DNA of 61,242 nucleotides from Promethearchaeota archaeon (GTDB lineage: Archaea; Asgardarchaeota; Lokiarchaeia; Sigyniarchaeales; SOKP01), in the NCBI GenBank assembly GCA_019057865.1, contig JAHLWP010000024.1:1-61242 (forward strand), written 5' to 3'. The translations under genes were made by a program, and so were the position numbers. Numbering within the stretch: the first letter of the stretch is position 1; each line of letters opens with the position of its first letter. Shown here one piece after another: positions 33,881-43,144 of the stretch. The notes below the pieces were generated by a model. That model did no database searches. It was given only the letters and a program-made list of their open reading frames with translations, and was not told the DNA's origin.

Positions 33881-35347
33881 ATGTCATATAAAGAAAAAGT
33901 TATCAGGCAACTAAGTAAAGGTTATTTACCTTTAGGAGTGAGCCCAAAAGAAGATTTAAATACCGTTTTTAACAAAACTTTTAAGTCATTAACTGATAGG
34001 AAGGATTTAGACTTATTTTTCGAGCTTTCTGAAAGTAATGAAACATGTTTGAGAGCATGGGGTTTTTTAGGCATATATTATATTTTAAAAGATAAAAAAT
34101 TCGAAGATGGAGCGAAAGAACTCAGATTGCATAAAATAATCATTGATTTATTGAATGATAATAGTGAGATAAAATATTTTGGTGGATCAAGTGAAATTCA
34201 AACATCACTAAGAGAACATCATATAAGAAGACTGTGTGAATTAGATTCCTCGCTCATATTTAAGCCAGTGTATGAATATATTCAATCTTTTAAAGGGAAA
34301 ATTGATGAGGTTATTGGTGAATTATTGGAAAATGTTTTAGCCCAAGTTGAAGACCCCCGAGTCATCCCTTTAATCCTACAACATGCTAGAAGCCTAAATC
34401 AAGAGGATATTAACCTTAAAATTCACTTGATTAGGGCTTTTGAGAATTTAGGTCAAAATATGATATTGAAAGAAAAAGAGTGTATAGCGGATTTACTTAG
34501 AAGATATTTAATAGATAATACAAAATATAAAGCTAAATTTAAAGATTCAAATGAAAGTAAGATTCTTAAGATAAGAAGGCTTGAAGAGGATATTTTAAAA
34601 ACTGCAGCTGTGTTAGATCTTGACCTTGAAGAAGAGACTTTAGAATTTTTAAACAATTTGGCCTATCCTTATAAAGACTTGTACCAAATTGCTGAAGCAT
34701 ATAAAAATAATGAAAAGTTTAGATCAATTCTTTTAAATAAGTTAGAAATAATAGAGAATCCTAATTTAATAAAAGATATCCTAATGGCTATAATATCAAT
34801 GAAAGAAAATGTTAAAAATTGGAAGGATCTCATTATAGAGTATCTAAATAAATTTCAACTTGTTGATAATGACTTAATAGAAGAATTACAAAAGGTAGAC
34901 CTCTTTAGTGAAGACATGTTAATAAATTCTTTAAATAATGGTAAAAATTGGCAACTAGATTTTATTCGAGAATTTCTCATAAGTAATCCTGAAAAGTTAA
35001 ATATATGGTTAAAATTTCAGAATAAGTTTATAGAGATATTAAAATTCTTTAAACCCCTAGAAGAAAGTTGGGAGAATTATCAAAACATGAAAGAAAAAAA
35101 GGAACTTGTATTAAAACTCATTATAGACTTAGAAAGGGAAGATATGATTAAGTATTGCTTAAATAATGTGAAAAATTTAGAGGATAATAAATTACGAGAA
35201 ATTGCTCTTTTTGCAATTATTAAACTTGGAAATGAAGAAATTATGCTCGAGTTAAAAAGATTGATGAAAGATGATAAAGAACTAGCTAAGTTTTTTAAAA
35301 AATTCTGGAGATATTTAGAAAGACGCGAATTTAAATTCTATTATTGA
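33881..35347 (+). CDS. hypothetical all-alpha (HEAT-like) protein
   Basis: 488-aa Leu/Glu/Lys-rich ORF. Confidence 0.6.
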   Translation: MSYKEKVIRQLSKGYLPLGVSPKEDLNTVFNKTFKSLTDRKDLDLFFELSESNETCLRAWGFLGIYYILKDKKFEDGAKELRLHKIIIDLLNDNSEIKYFGGSSEIQTSLREHHIRRLCELDSSLIFKPVYEYIQSFKGKIDEVIGELLENVLAQVEDPRVIPLILQHARSLNQEDINLKIHLIRAFENLGQNMILKEKECIADLLRRYLIDNTKYKAKFKDSNESKILKIRRLEEDILKTAAVLDLDLEEETLEFLNNLAYPYKDLYQIAEAYKNNEKFRSILLNKLEIIENPNLIKDILMAIISMKENVKNWKDLIIEYLNKFQLVDNDLIEELQKVDLFSEDMLINSLNNGKNWQLDFIREFLISNPEKLNIWLKFQNKFIEILKFFKPLEESWENYQNMKEKKELVLKLIIDLEREDMIKYCLNNVKNLEDNKLREIALFAIIKLGNEEIMLELKRLMKDDKELAKFFKKFWRYLERREFKFYY

Positions 35348-35603
35348 AAAATTCATATTTTTAGTTTATTTGATATGAGTTTATTAAAAATAACAAAAAT
35401 TAAAAAAATGAATTAGAAAAAATTTTTTAATAATTAGCCTCTTTTAATATCCATTTTCTGACGTTCTTCTATTAATTGGTTAACAATCTCATTATTAATT
35501 AAGGAAATTATTTATAAAATCTAAATAATCTCCATCGATGATTTCATAAAATAATCAATTTTCAATTAATCGTAAGTATGTTTATAAAGAATAGTGAATA
35601 TTT

Positions 35604-36494
35604 TTGAATATTATGAATAGGGAATACATGAAAGATGAAACATTTGATGACACTTTTCCATTTACACCAAATTTTATGGAAATCAATGGGTTTAATATGC
35701 ATTATATTGATGAGGGAAAAGGAGAGCCTATTCTTTGCCATCATGGTATGCCCACATGGAGTTATCTTTATAGAAATTTTATTATGGAATTAAAAAAAGA
35801 TTATAGAGTTATTGCGCCTGATGCAATGGGATTTGGAAAAAGTGATGTACCTCAAGATAAACCTTATTTATTAAAACAACATGTTGATAATTTGACAAAA
35901 TTAATTTTAAAGCTGGATTTAACAGAATTAACATTAATATTTCAAGATTGGGGAGGCCCTTTAAGTTTAGGTTTTGCTGTTGATTATCCCGAAAGAATAA
36001 AACGATTAGTAATCATGAATACATCAATTGGAGTGATGAAAGAAGGTTCTAAATCTTGGTATTATAGGATGGAAAAATTAGGTAAATATGAGAAATATAT
36101 AAAAAACACGGGTGGGATAATTCGAATGGGGATATATAATAAAGGAAAAGTTACTCCTACACTATTAAATGCTTATAATGCTCCCTTCCCAAGGGATGAG
36201 TATTATATCGGTTCATTAGCATGGCCTAAAGATATTCCTGTTGGCAATTCTCATCCAAGTGCTAAACCAATGATACATATAAGAAAAAATTTACATAAGC
36301 TTTTGGATAAGCCAAAAATTTTAATTTGGGGTATGAAAGATCCTATTTTTCCTACATGGACAATAGATTGGTGGAATAAAATTTATCCCGGTATTGAAAC
36401 CTATAAAATCGAAAATGCATCCCATTTTTTACAAGAGGATGCTCCCGAACTGATTATCTCGTTAATAAAGGATTTCCTTAACAAATATCCTTAA
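35604..36494 (+). CDS. alpha/beta hydrolase, haloalkane dehalogenase-like
   Basis: HGMPTWSYLYR, QDWGG, HFLQED. Confidence 0.92.
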   Translation: MNIMNREYMKDETFDDTFPFTPNFMEINGFNMHYIDEGKGEPILCHHGMPTWSYLYRNFIMELKKDYRVIAPDAMGFGKSDVPQDKPYLLKQHVDNLTKLILKLDLTELTLIFQDWGGPLSLGFAVDYPERIKRLVIMNTSIGVMKEGSKSWYYRMEKLGKYEKYIKNTGGIIRMGIYNKGKVTPTLLNAYNAPFPRDEYYIGSLAWPKDIPVGNSHPSAKPMIHIRKNLHKLLDKPKILIWGMKDPIFPTWTIDWWNKIYPGIETYKIENASHFLQEDAPELIISLIKDFLNKYP

Positions 36495-36565
36495 AAATTA
36501 AAATTAGAAATAGATTATCTTTATCCAGAATTAATTTAATTAAAAAAAATATAAAAAAATATAAA

Positions 36566-36735
36566 TTAACCTACTTCGATATCCATTTTCTTACGCTCTT
36601 CAAGAAGGGCATCAACAACGGAGGGATCTGCCAACGTAGTAACATTTCCAATCAAAATGACATCTGGCTGGAATAAGGGACCAAATTCTTTTCTTACATG
36701 CATTCTAATTTCTTTAGATAACTTAGCAGATTTTT
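36566..36735 (-). pseudogene. acs: acetyl-CoA synthetase 3'-end fragment with internal deletion
   Basis: Hand translation [55 protein letters not shown]-stop; lacks the [12 protein letters not shown] block. Confidence 0.8.
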
Positions 36736-36875
36736 AAATTAATAATATTTTTTTACTTTCTTTAAATAACTTATTTATTATAGAAACTCAATTTCCTTTT
36801 TTACGAATTAAGTCCGAATTTCTCGTTTTGAAACCCAGAATGTATAAGTTTAGATTTTATTTCATGAAAATAAAA

Positions 36876-37103
36876 TTATTTTAAAAGTGAAAGGAATTCC
36901 TCACGTGTCATTCCAGTGTCTTTAATTATTTTTAATCATAAGCCTCTTCCAATTTTTTCACCTTTATGAAAAGGAATTACTGTCGTTCTACCTTCAGCAT
37001 CCCTAAATAATTTATGGGAACCTTTTTGTCTTATTTCTTCGAAACCTTGTTTTTTGAGAATTCTAATTAATTTTTCTGGAGCTATTGGATTAAGCTTCTT
37101 CAA
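36876..37103 (-). pseudogene. hicA: HicA family toxin with in-frame TGA at codon 56
   Basis: Hand translation MKKLNPIAPEKLIRILKKQGFEEIRQKGSHKLFRDAEGRTTVIPFHKGEKIGRGL*LKIIKDTGMTREEFLSLLK; overlaps the hicB stop. Confidence 0.88.
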
Positions 37104-37317
37104 AAGTTATTTCCACCTTCTGAATACCCACAAATTTATTGGGTTTTTCCAGCTTTTTTTTATCTACTTCAATGTATAATTCAATGGCTTCAATAATTCG
37201 CTTTTGTAATTCATCTAATGATTTTGCTTGTGTATGACATCCAGGTAACTCAGGAACACTGGCGATATATAAATCATCGATATCTTGTTCTATTACGATA
37301 TTAAATTCTCTTTTCAT
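37090..37317 (-). CDS. hicB: HicB family antitoxin
   Basis: YIASVPELPGCHTQAKSLDEL...EAIELY. Confidence 0.92.
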   Translation of the reverse strand: MKREFNIVIEQDIDDLYIASVPELPGCHTQAKSLDELQKRIIEAIELYIEVDKKKLEKPNKFVGIQKVEITFEEA

Positions 37318-37777
37318 AATCCTTACTCTCTTCAGTTATGAATATGGAATTAAAATCTTCTCTAATAATCATATATTATTATTCTTATTATTTTTATCTG
37401 ATTTACAGAATAAGAATTATATAAAGGTTTAAAAAATAGTGATTTTAAACAATATATTTTATTTTGTTTTAGCTATGATTTTTTTATTCTTCTACAAAAT
37501 GATAATAGTTTCTTAAGTTTTAAAGATTTAAGAATAAATCTAATAAAGTCTAATACTTTCTCTAAATCTACTTTAAGGACGAATAGAATAAATTTAGATT
37601 TACTTGAGTTGGAGTCATTTGAAATCATAATTATTGCGGAAAATGAAATTGGGGAAAAATTATATTTAGTTAATACGTTAATTTTGCCTCAATTTTATAA
37701 AGTTGAGTACAAAGAGTTAAAAGAATTGCTATTTAATTTATTCAATTCTGGTAAATAAAAAAAAATAAAAAAAATTA

Positions 37778-38041
37778 TTATTTAGGAATTTCAATATCCA
37801 TCTTTTTCCGTTCTTCAAGCAAGGCATCTACTACTGAAGGATCAGCTAATGTGGTTACATTCCCTATTTCTGTACCGGCAGCAATTGCCTTCAGGATTCT
37901 ACGCATAATTTTACCACTTCTTGTCTTTGGTAAAGCATCGGCAAATTGAATGACATCTGGTTGAAACACTGGACCAATTTCGTTTCTAACATGCATTCTT
38001 ATCTCTTTAGACAACTTAGCAGATTTTTCAACACCTTGCAT
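37778..38041 (-). pseudogene. acs: acetyl-CoA synthetase C-terminal fragment
   Basis: [33 protein letters not shown]...TTLADPSVV; only ~90 aa of a ~650-aa enzyme. Confidence 0.9.
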
Positions 38042-38151
38042 TAATGTAACGATATTTTAGGTAATTTATCCCCCTCTTTTCCTTTTAATTGAATTTTTTT
38101 TTTAAATAGAATGAAATTATTGGGAATAAAAAAAGAATTAATATAACCTAT

Positions 38152-38538
38152 GTGAGAAGGATCAGTACTGAAGGATTAATTTGCTTGGAATACCATACCA
38201 CATGCGCCACATACTATGTCGATAACCTAAAATTATCCACGCTATTACTTGACATAGTAAAAGAAGCTACCAGAAATATCTTAGACCTTTCTAAAATCCA
38301 TCTCTTAATATATGCTTTAAGTCATATTCCGTATATTCGAGAAGAGCAATTAACACGACTAATTGATAAAGTAATTAACTGCTTTCAATCACAGAAATAC
38401 TCTATGTGTCGATATGGAAATTTTATGGAACTGCAAGGAATTTTAGAGATTGATTATGAGATTAATGGTTCTTTTATTGTTTTTGAAGATGGTAAGACTG
38501 ACTGGTATTTGGATATAACTATTCTCTTACCAAATTAG
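38152..38538 (+). CDS. hypothetical protein
   Basis: 128-aa ORF, no motif recognised. Confidence 0.45.
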   Translation: MRRISTEGLICLEYHTTCATYYVDNLKLSTLLLDIVKEATRNILDLSKIHLLIYALSHIPYIREEQLTRLIDKVINCFQSQKYSMCRYGNFMELQGILEIDYEINGSFIVFEDGKTDWYLDITILLPN

Positions 38539-38789
38539 ACTTCAATATATTTTAGATATTTGTTAATTTTTTTAATTCTAAAATGTAATTATTTGCATTC
38601 TTTCTCGTTATCTCTCTTATTTTTATCTTTTATCCCTCAAGTGAAAAAAGTGCCCTTAAAATAGTAAGGTCAAAAACAAAAGTAACTTTGATCACTATTT
38701 TTCTCTATTTTTTAAGAGAATACCATGGAAGGATCTCATGCCTTCCTCTTTTCTCTTATCTTTATGAATTTACTAAGTTAAACAAGAGG

Positions 38790-39176
38790 CTATATAACCT
38801 TTTTTTTATTGATGGATACAAGGAATAGGATTAGGAGCGCCACATAATTCAAAGGTAATATTAAAATTGAGAGCAACCTATATGGTATGGGCATTTCAGA
38901 CAAATCTGGTGCAAATAGGTTTACAATGTAATTAACTGCAAAGAATAGAGGGAAATCTAACCAACCCCAAAAATTTCTGATGCTATAAATTACTAAAAAA
39001 AGACCAAATAAATATGCTAGAAAACCCAACATTGCTGCATATCCTGTAAAATAAATACCGTATATCCTAAATCCTACATCCGCCGTTATTACAATAATCG
39101 CAAATACAATAATGATTGTACCAACAATAAACAATATTTTACTTCTTTTTATATCACCCTCAGAAATCTCTTTCAC
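38790..39176 (-). CDS. small membrane protein (about 4 TM)
   Basis: Hydrophobic segments; upstream AGGTGTG SD-like sequence. Confidence 0.7.
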   Translation of the reverse strand: MKEISEGDIKRSKILFIVGTIIIVFAIIVITADVGFRIYGIYFTGYAAMLGFLAYLFGLFLVIYSIRNFWGWLDFPLFFAVNYIVNLFAPDLSEMPIPYRLLSILILPLNYVALLILFLVSINKKKVI

Positions 39177-39262
39177 CTTTAATTTTCACACCTCTATTTT
39201 GTAAATTAAAATGATTATGGAATAACTAGACACTTGTGTATATAATATTTATGTTTATGATT

Positions 39263-39892
39263 TTAGAGAGAACAATTTAAAATATGTTTTTTTAGAAAAT
39301 CGAGAATTTCTCTTAAATCTTTTTGCTTTGGTATATTATTACTCATGACATTTTTATTATTACTTATATGAGGTATTTTCTTGGGAACATTTGAGTTCAT
39401 AAATCTCTCTTCAGCTTTTAATTGAAGTTCTTGATTCTTTAGGATAATTAGATATTCTTTTGCAACCATCCTTACTTTATTTAAATTATTAAATTGGATC
39501 TTAAGTTGGTTTTTATAGTAATCTCTCGTAATTCTATGAGTGTTAGCATCAATTTTTTTTCTTTTTATAGCTTTATTTAGTTGTAAAATACATTGCTTTA
39601 ATTTTTTAATTTGGTTTGATAATTCAAAAAAATTATATGAATCCTCTAATTGAGAGATGATAATTTTCTTTTTTTGCAAAATCTCATTAGAAACTGCTTT
39701 TAACGCTTTAAGTTTAATTGAGAGATTCTCAGTGGAATTTTTTTTAATGGTTTTTTGTAATTTATATAACTTGTTGATTAATATTTCTCTCTGATTATCA
39801 AGTTTGTATATTTTATATAGTAAATCTAGCTGTCTAAAGCCTTCTTCTTCAGGAAATTGGATATTTTGATCAAGATTACCAGTTTTTAGCAT
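39263..39892 (-). CDS. coiled-coil hypothetical protein
   Basis: Lys/Leu/Gln-rich heptad-like pattern. Confidence 0.6.
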   Translation of the reverse strand: MLKTGNLDQNIQFPEEEGFRQLDLLYKIYKLDNQREILINKLYKLQKTIKKNSTENLSIKLKALKAVSNEILQKKKIIISQLEDSYNFFELSNQIKKLKQCILQLNKAIKRKKIDANTHRITRDYYKNQLKIQFNNLNKVRMVAKEYLIILKNQELQLKAEERFMNSNVPKKIPHISNNKNVMSNNIPKQKDLREILDFLKKHILNCSL

Positions 39893-39928
39893 TTTCTTTC
39901 ACGCTTCTCTTTTTTCTTGTTTTCTAAA

Positions 39929-42900
39929 TTATAGATCCTCATTATTAAATATATCATCAAATACATCTTTCATTTTTTTACCCTTCTTAATTTCTAATTC
40001 TAATTTTAAAGGAGTGTCTTTTTTCCTTCTACTTTTTCTCCCAAAAATCCATTTAGTAAATTTATTTGAAATAAATAAAGAAAATCCACAAGTAGCTACA
40101 AAGATACATAATGCTAGAATTGTCCAGAGAATTGAGGATACTGGAGAATCTCCTCCGCCAGGATTGAAGGATTCTGAAGGATTTATTTCGTATTCATATA
40201 AAATCATTCCATCAGGGTGAAATCCATCATAAATTAAAAATCGAATAGAATACTCAATATTTTCCCGATTTTCATAATACATAGTAAATTTAGATAAATC
40301 TGAATAATCCTCTCTCTCAAGTTCAATAGATTCTACCATTAAGAAATTTCTATAAATGTTCCCTACTACCATTGAATTGGATGCTGGATTTTGTCCTGAT
40401 GAAAATTCGTAAGAGATGTTCATCTCAAAGATGAGTTCTTGACGTTTGTCGATTATTTTCAAGCCAGAATCATGAAACACATAAAATGTCCTAATATTGA
40501 TTGGGATTTGCCCTAATTGCTCAAAACCTTTATAGATCGCCACAATACCTTCTACTTTTGGATAATAACTGGGATTTTCAGGTATTTTAAAATCTTTATA
40601 ATAAGTATTGTCAACTTGTTTCTCAAGATTTATTATCCCAAGCTGTAAACTTTCAAAAACAACTGAAATATCATCCCCAAAATCATCAATAATCAAATTT
40701 TGAAATGATACTGTAAGACTATTAACACCCCCTAAAATTATTTGTTCCATATATTCACATACAATTTCTAAATCACTGTTTAGTGCCATTTCACAAATCC
40801 AGAGAAGAATCTCTTGGTTAACCATTTGACGATTTGAACTCAAGTAAAACTCATTTAAATCTCCCGAATAAAGCAGTTCAGCTAAATTTATTATTAAATC
40901 ATGATTGAATTCAAGACTAATGTCCAAGATTTCTGAGATTTTGTATGAGTAATAGATATTGTTTATCTTATTGTAATTTATGTTTTGGAGCACAAATTCT
41001 TTGATTTTTTGATTATTTAAGTCATAAAGATCAAGTGCCTTCAACACATAAATCATGTAATAAGTGTTTTGTAAGATTACTTCAATATTAGAAGTGTATT
41101 GAGGATCAAAATAGAGTATGGAGGAGGTTTCAACGATATTTCTTTCAATGTATTCATATAGCGCTGCTTTATTAAAAGATAAATCAACTAAACTTCCTAA
41201 ATTCAGATGATCTACTAGCAATTCTAATGATTTTATCGAATAATATGAGTATTCAAAAAAGATTTTCTTTAATTGGCTTTCAAGGGAGAAAAAGGTATAT
41301 CCGCGCATAGGTAAAAAAGCCCCGTAAGCTCCAGGAAGTGAGGCATTTAAAAATTGTGATTGTATGATGTCTTCAATTAAATTGGTCAAATCAACCTCTC
41401 CTTCAAAATCATCCAATTTAAATAGTTTATTCATTGAATTTAAGGCAAAGTACATGGATTTAAATGATGTAAAATAATCAATTCTTGTAATGTAATTATG
41501 ATAACCTCTATTATAATATTCAATTGGGTATGAGCGAAACTCAGGCTTCATTGGATCTACATTTATACAAGGTAGAAAAACATACCAATCTTCAGGATAA
41601 TTATAATACATGAAACAATCTTTTATATTATTATATATATCTTGTATTTCTAAATCTGAAACCCTATCAAACAATTGAAATGAGGAGATAATAGTATTAA
41701 GTAGATTAAGGGATGTGTATTCTTGAGAGATAAGGGAAAATCCTTTAAGTTGATGATAGTTGTTAAGTGCTGTTAAAATCTCAGATATAACTAGCCCATT
41801 TAGGTTAGAAATTACTCTGCTGTTATTTAAAGACCGTACAATTTGATATATGTCCAATAGCTCATGCATTTTAACTGTTGTAGAGGAATCCCATGCCCCT
41901 TGAGAATTTCTATTATTCATAATGAAATTGATAACAGAAGTTTCATTTATTCCTGAAAATCCCGTTATTTTAGAAAGTTCTAACCCAATTGCGGTTGCAA
42001 TGAGATTAGTTATGTTATGTTCAGGATTGGACATTTGAAAATAATTGTCATCCATATATAACTTAGTAAGAAATTGATGAAAGCTATTAATATTAATCGA
42101 CTCTTCCATTCCAAAGATTTCTAATGTTTTGATACAGTAATAAGAAGAAAGAAGGTTGGGTTCATGAAGTGGTTTAATACTATTAAATAAACTATCTTTA
42201 TCATTATAAAATCCTCCATATCTCCAATTAGTATTTATTGAATCTTGTAAATCATTTATATATTGAATTATCTCATTTTTACGCGCTGTATAACTATTCC
42301 AATTATCCATTAGCAAATTTAATGTCATAACTGCAAAATATGTATTATCCATTGTAGAAATTTTAAAAGAGTCTTCTAAATCTACATTATATGGTTGTCC
42401 AATAAATCCACTCATGACGGGACTATAACAACTCCAAATGAAATCGATAAATTTTTGTCTGTCAATTAAATCTAATTTGTTTAATATATTTAAAGATAAA
42501 ATAGCATAACAATTCACTTCAAGTACAGATGTCAAAGGATAATATGCTTGCGAGAAATCTGTTTCCAAATATCGATAAGAATAATCATCGAAAAATAAAT
42601 TAGATTCTTGATTATAAGTAGAGATTATATAATTCGTTATTGCTGTTTTATTTATTTCACCTAAATTACCAAGAGCAGCTAGAATATATAGCCCATAATA
42701 CGTAGCTTGTAACGAAGGTTCGTAAATCTGAGGAAAATAGCCATATAATTCATAATCACTAAGTTTCCTGTCAAAAATAACTTCAATATTGTCTATATTT
42801 CTACATGTTGAAATTTTTGGTTGATTTTTGGTTCTAGATTCAACTCTCTCATCATAATATTGTTGATCATAATCTGAATCTACTCTATATTTAACTTTAT

Positions 42901-42973
42901 TAATTTGAAATGTGAAGATAATTTGACAAACCACAATCATTAATACCAATACAATAATTTTAGTTTTTTTCAT
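39929..42973 (-). CDS. large membrane-anchored protein with prenyltransferase/squalene-cyclase-like repeats
   Basis: Signal-like N-terminus; repeats such as TYYGLYILAALG, FIWSCY....GFIG, YINDLQ....GGF; C-terminal TM. Confidence 0.7.
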   Translation of the reverse strand: MKKTKIIVLVLMIVVCQIIFTFQINKVKYRVDSDYDQQYYDERVESRTKNQPKISTCRNIDNIEVIFDRKLSDYELYGYFPQIYEPSLQATYYGLYILAALGNLGEINKTAITNYIISTYNQESNLFFDDYSYRYLETDFSQAYYPLTSVLEVNCYAILSLNILNKLDLIDRQKFIDFIWSCYSPVMSGFIGQPYNVDLEDSFKISTMDNTYFAVMTLNLLMDNWNSYTARKNEIIQYINDLQDSINTNWRYGGFYNDKDSLFNSIKPLHEPNLLSSYYCIKTLEIFGMEESININSFHQFLTKLYMDDNYFQMSNPEHNITNLIATAIGLELSKITGFSGINETSVINFIMNNRNSQGAWDSSTTVKMHELLDIYQIVRSLNNSRVISNLNGLVISEILTALNNYHQLKGFSLISQEYTSLNLLNTIISSFQLFDRVSDLEIQDIYNNIKDCFMYYNYPEDWYVFLPCINVDPMKPEFRSYPIEYYNRGYHNYITRIDYFTSFKSMYFALNSMNKLFKLDDFEGEVDLTNLIEDIIQSQFLNASLPGAYGAFLPMRGYTFFSLESQLKKIFFEYSYYSIKSLELLVDHLNLGSLVDLSFNKAALYEYIERNIVETSSILYFDPQYTSNIEVILQNTYYMIYVLKALDLYDLNNQKIKEFVLQNINYNKINNIYYSYKISEILDISLEFNHDLIINLAELLYSGDLNEFYLSSNRQMVNQEILLWICEMALNSDLEIVCEYMEQIILGGVNSLTVSFQNLIIDDFGDDISVVFESLQLGIINLEKQVDNTYYKDFKIPENPSYYPKVEGIVAIYKGFEQLGQIPINIRTFYVFHDSGLKIIDKRQELIFEMNISYEFSSGQNPASNSMVVGNIYRNFLMVESIELEREDYSDLSKFTMYYENRENIEYSIRFLIYDGFHPDGMILYEYEINPSESFNPGGGDSPVSSILWTILALCIFVATCGFSLFISNKFTKWIFGRKSRRKKDTPLKLELEIKKGKKMKDVFDDIFNNEDL

Positions 42974-43144
42974 GCTGCTTTTTTCTCTGTTTAAAAATTT
43001 TAGACTTGAATCCCTATCTTACATTTATATTTAAAGAAAAAAGAAAAATTGACTTTTTTGTAGATTTTTAATTTTTTTATTTATAAATAAATAACAGAAT
43101 TAATGTGAAACTAACTAAAAATTAATTTCTACAACAGGAATAAA

